From: Macrostomum lignano
Taxonomy: Eukaryota
NCBI GenBank assembly: GCA_002269645.1
Contig: NIVC01000048.1
Span: 275,427 to 339,426 of the forward strand
Direction of reading: 5' to 3'
Length of the DNA: 64,000 bases
Positions 63,641-64,000 of this stretch are shown here, one piece after another. The number at the start of each line of letters is the position of its first letter. Within the stretch, counting starts at the first letter, position 1. The notes under the pieces are model-generated. The model ran no database searches and was not told the DNA's origin. It saw nothing but the letters and a program-made list of their open reading frames with translations. Position numbers and translations under genes: made by a program.

Positions 63641-64000
63641 GCAGCTCAAGTATATGGCGGGACAAACAGACAAGATAGAACTGGGCGCTTATGGCCTCGT
63701 ATTCACAAGCAAATACACTAATTAACAAACATTTAAAGAATGACGCGATCAAACAAAAATATTGAGCATCAAAAACTGATCATCCCCACGCCTTGCCGGT
63801 TTTTAGTTGCCAACGCTGAGCTTTACAAGGATTGACCAAAGCTGGAACGCTACAAAAATACGCAGTATTTGAGTGAGCTCAAGACAACAGAAATGTAGCG
63901 AGCACCGCAGTTATGACACGAAAGTCCACAATCGTAGGCAATTTTTAGCAAAGAATTTTATTAGAAACGGCAAGATGATGCTGTGCAGCAAAGATTCTGC

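Noticed and set aside
58500-64000. Assorted short ORFs in the last 5.5 kb
   Set aside because: Either minisatellite translations or lacking recognisable motifs and coherent splice chains

Overview
Repeat-rich eukaryotic (metazoan) genomic window with GT-AG introns, GC-rich exons in AT-rich spacers and about 20 unrelated mini/microsatellites. The style resembles a free-living flatworm such as Macrostomum, which is my inference and is unverified. Genes: the 3' part of ADP-dependent glucokinase; a cluster of intronless secreted PAN/apple + C-type lectin genes (2 intact, 3 truncated) plus a PAN + LamG-like ORF split by one TGA; a 4-exon LIM-like Cys-rich gene; and a 2-exon thymidylate synthase. 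Mobile DNA: two Ty3/gypsy elements (one full-length with 251-bp LTRs and a 4-bp TSD), a hAT family with perfect 8-bp TSDs, other MITEs, two tRNA-derived SINEs and a 2.5-kb foldback insertion. The standout is at 48602-57741. A giant ankyrin exon has 47 near-identical 99-bp units that vary almost only in a 6-residue cassette covering the DARPin-type binding positions. It splices in frame (phase-matched GT-AG) to nucleotidyltransferase and Mab-21 exons. This predicts a ~2460-aa cGAS-like receptor with a recombination-shuffled modular sensor array.
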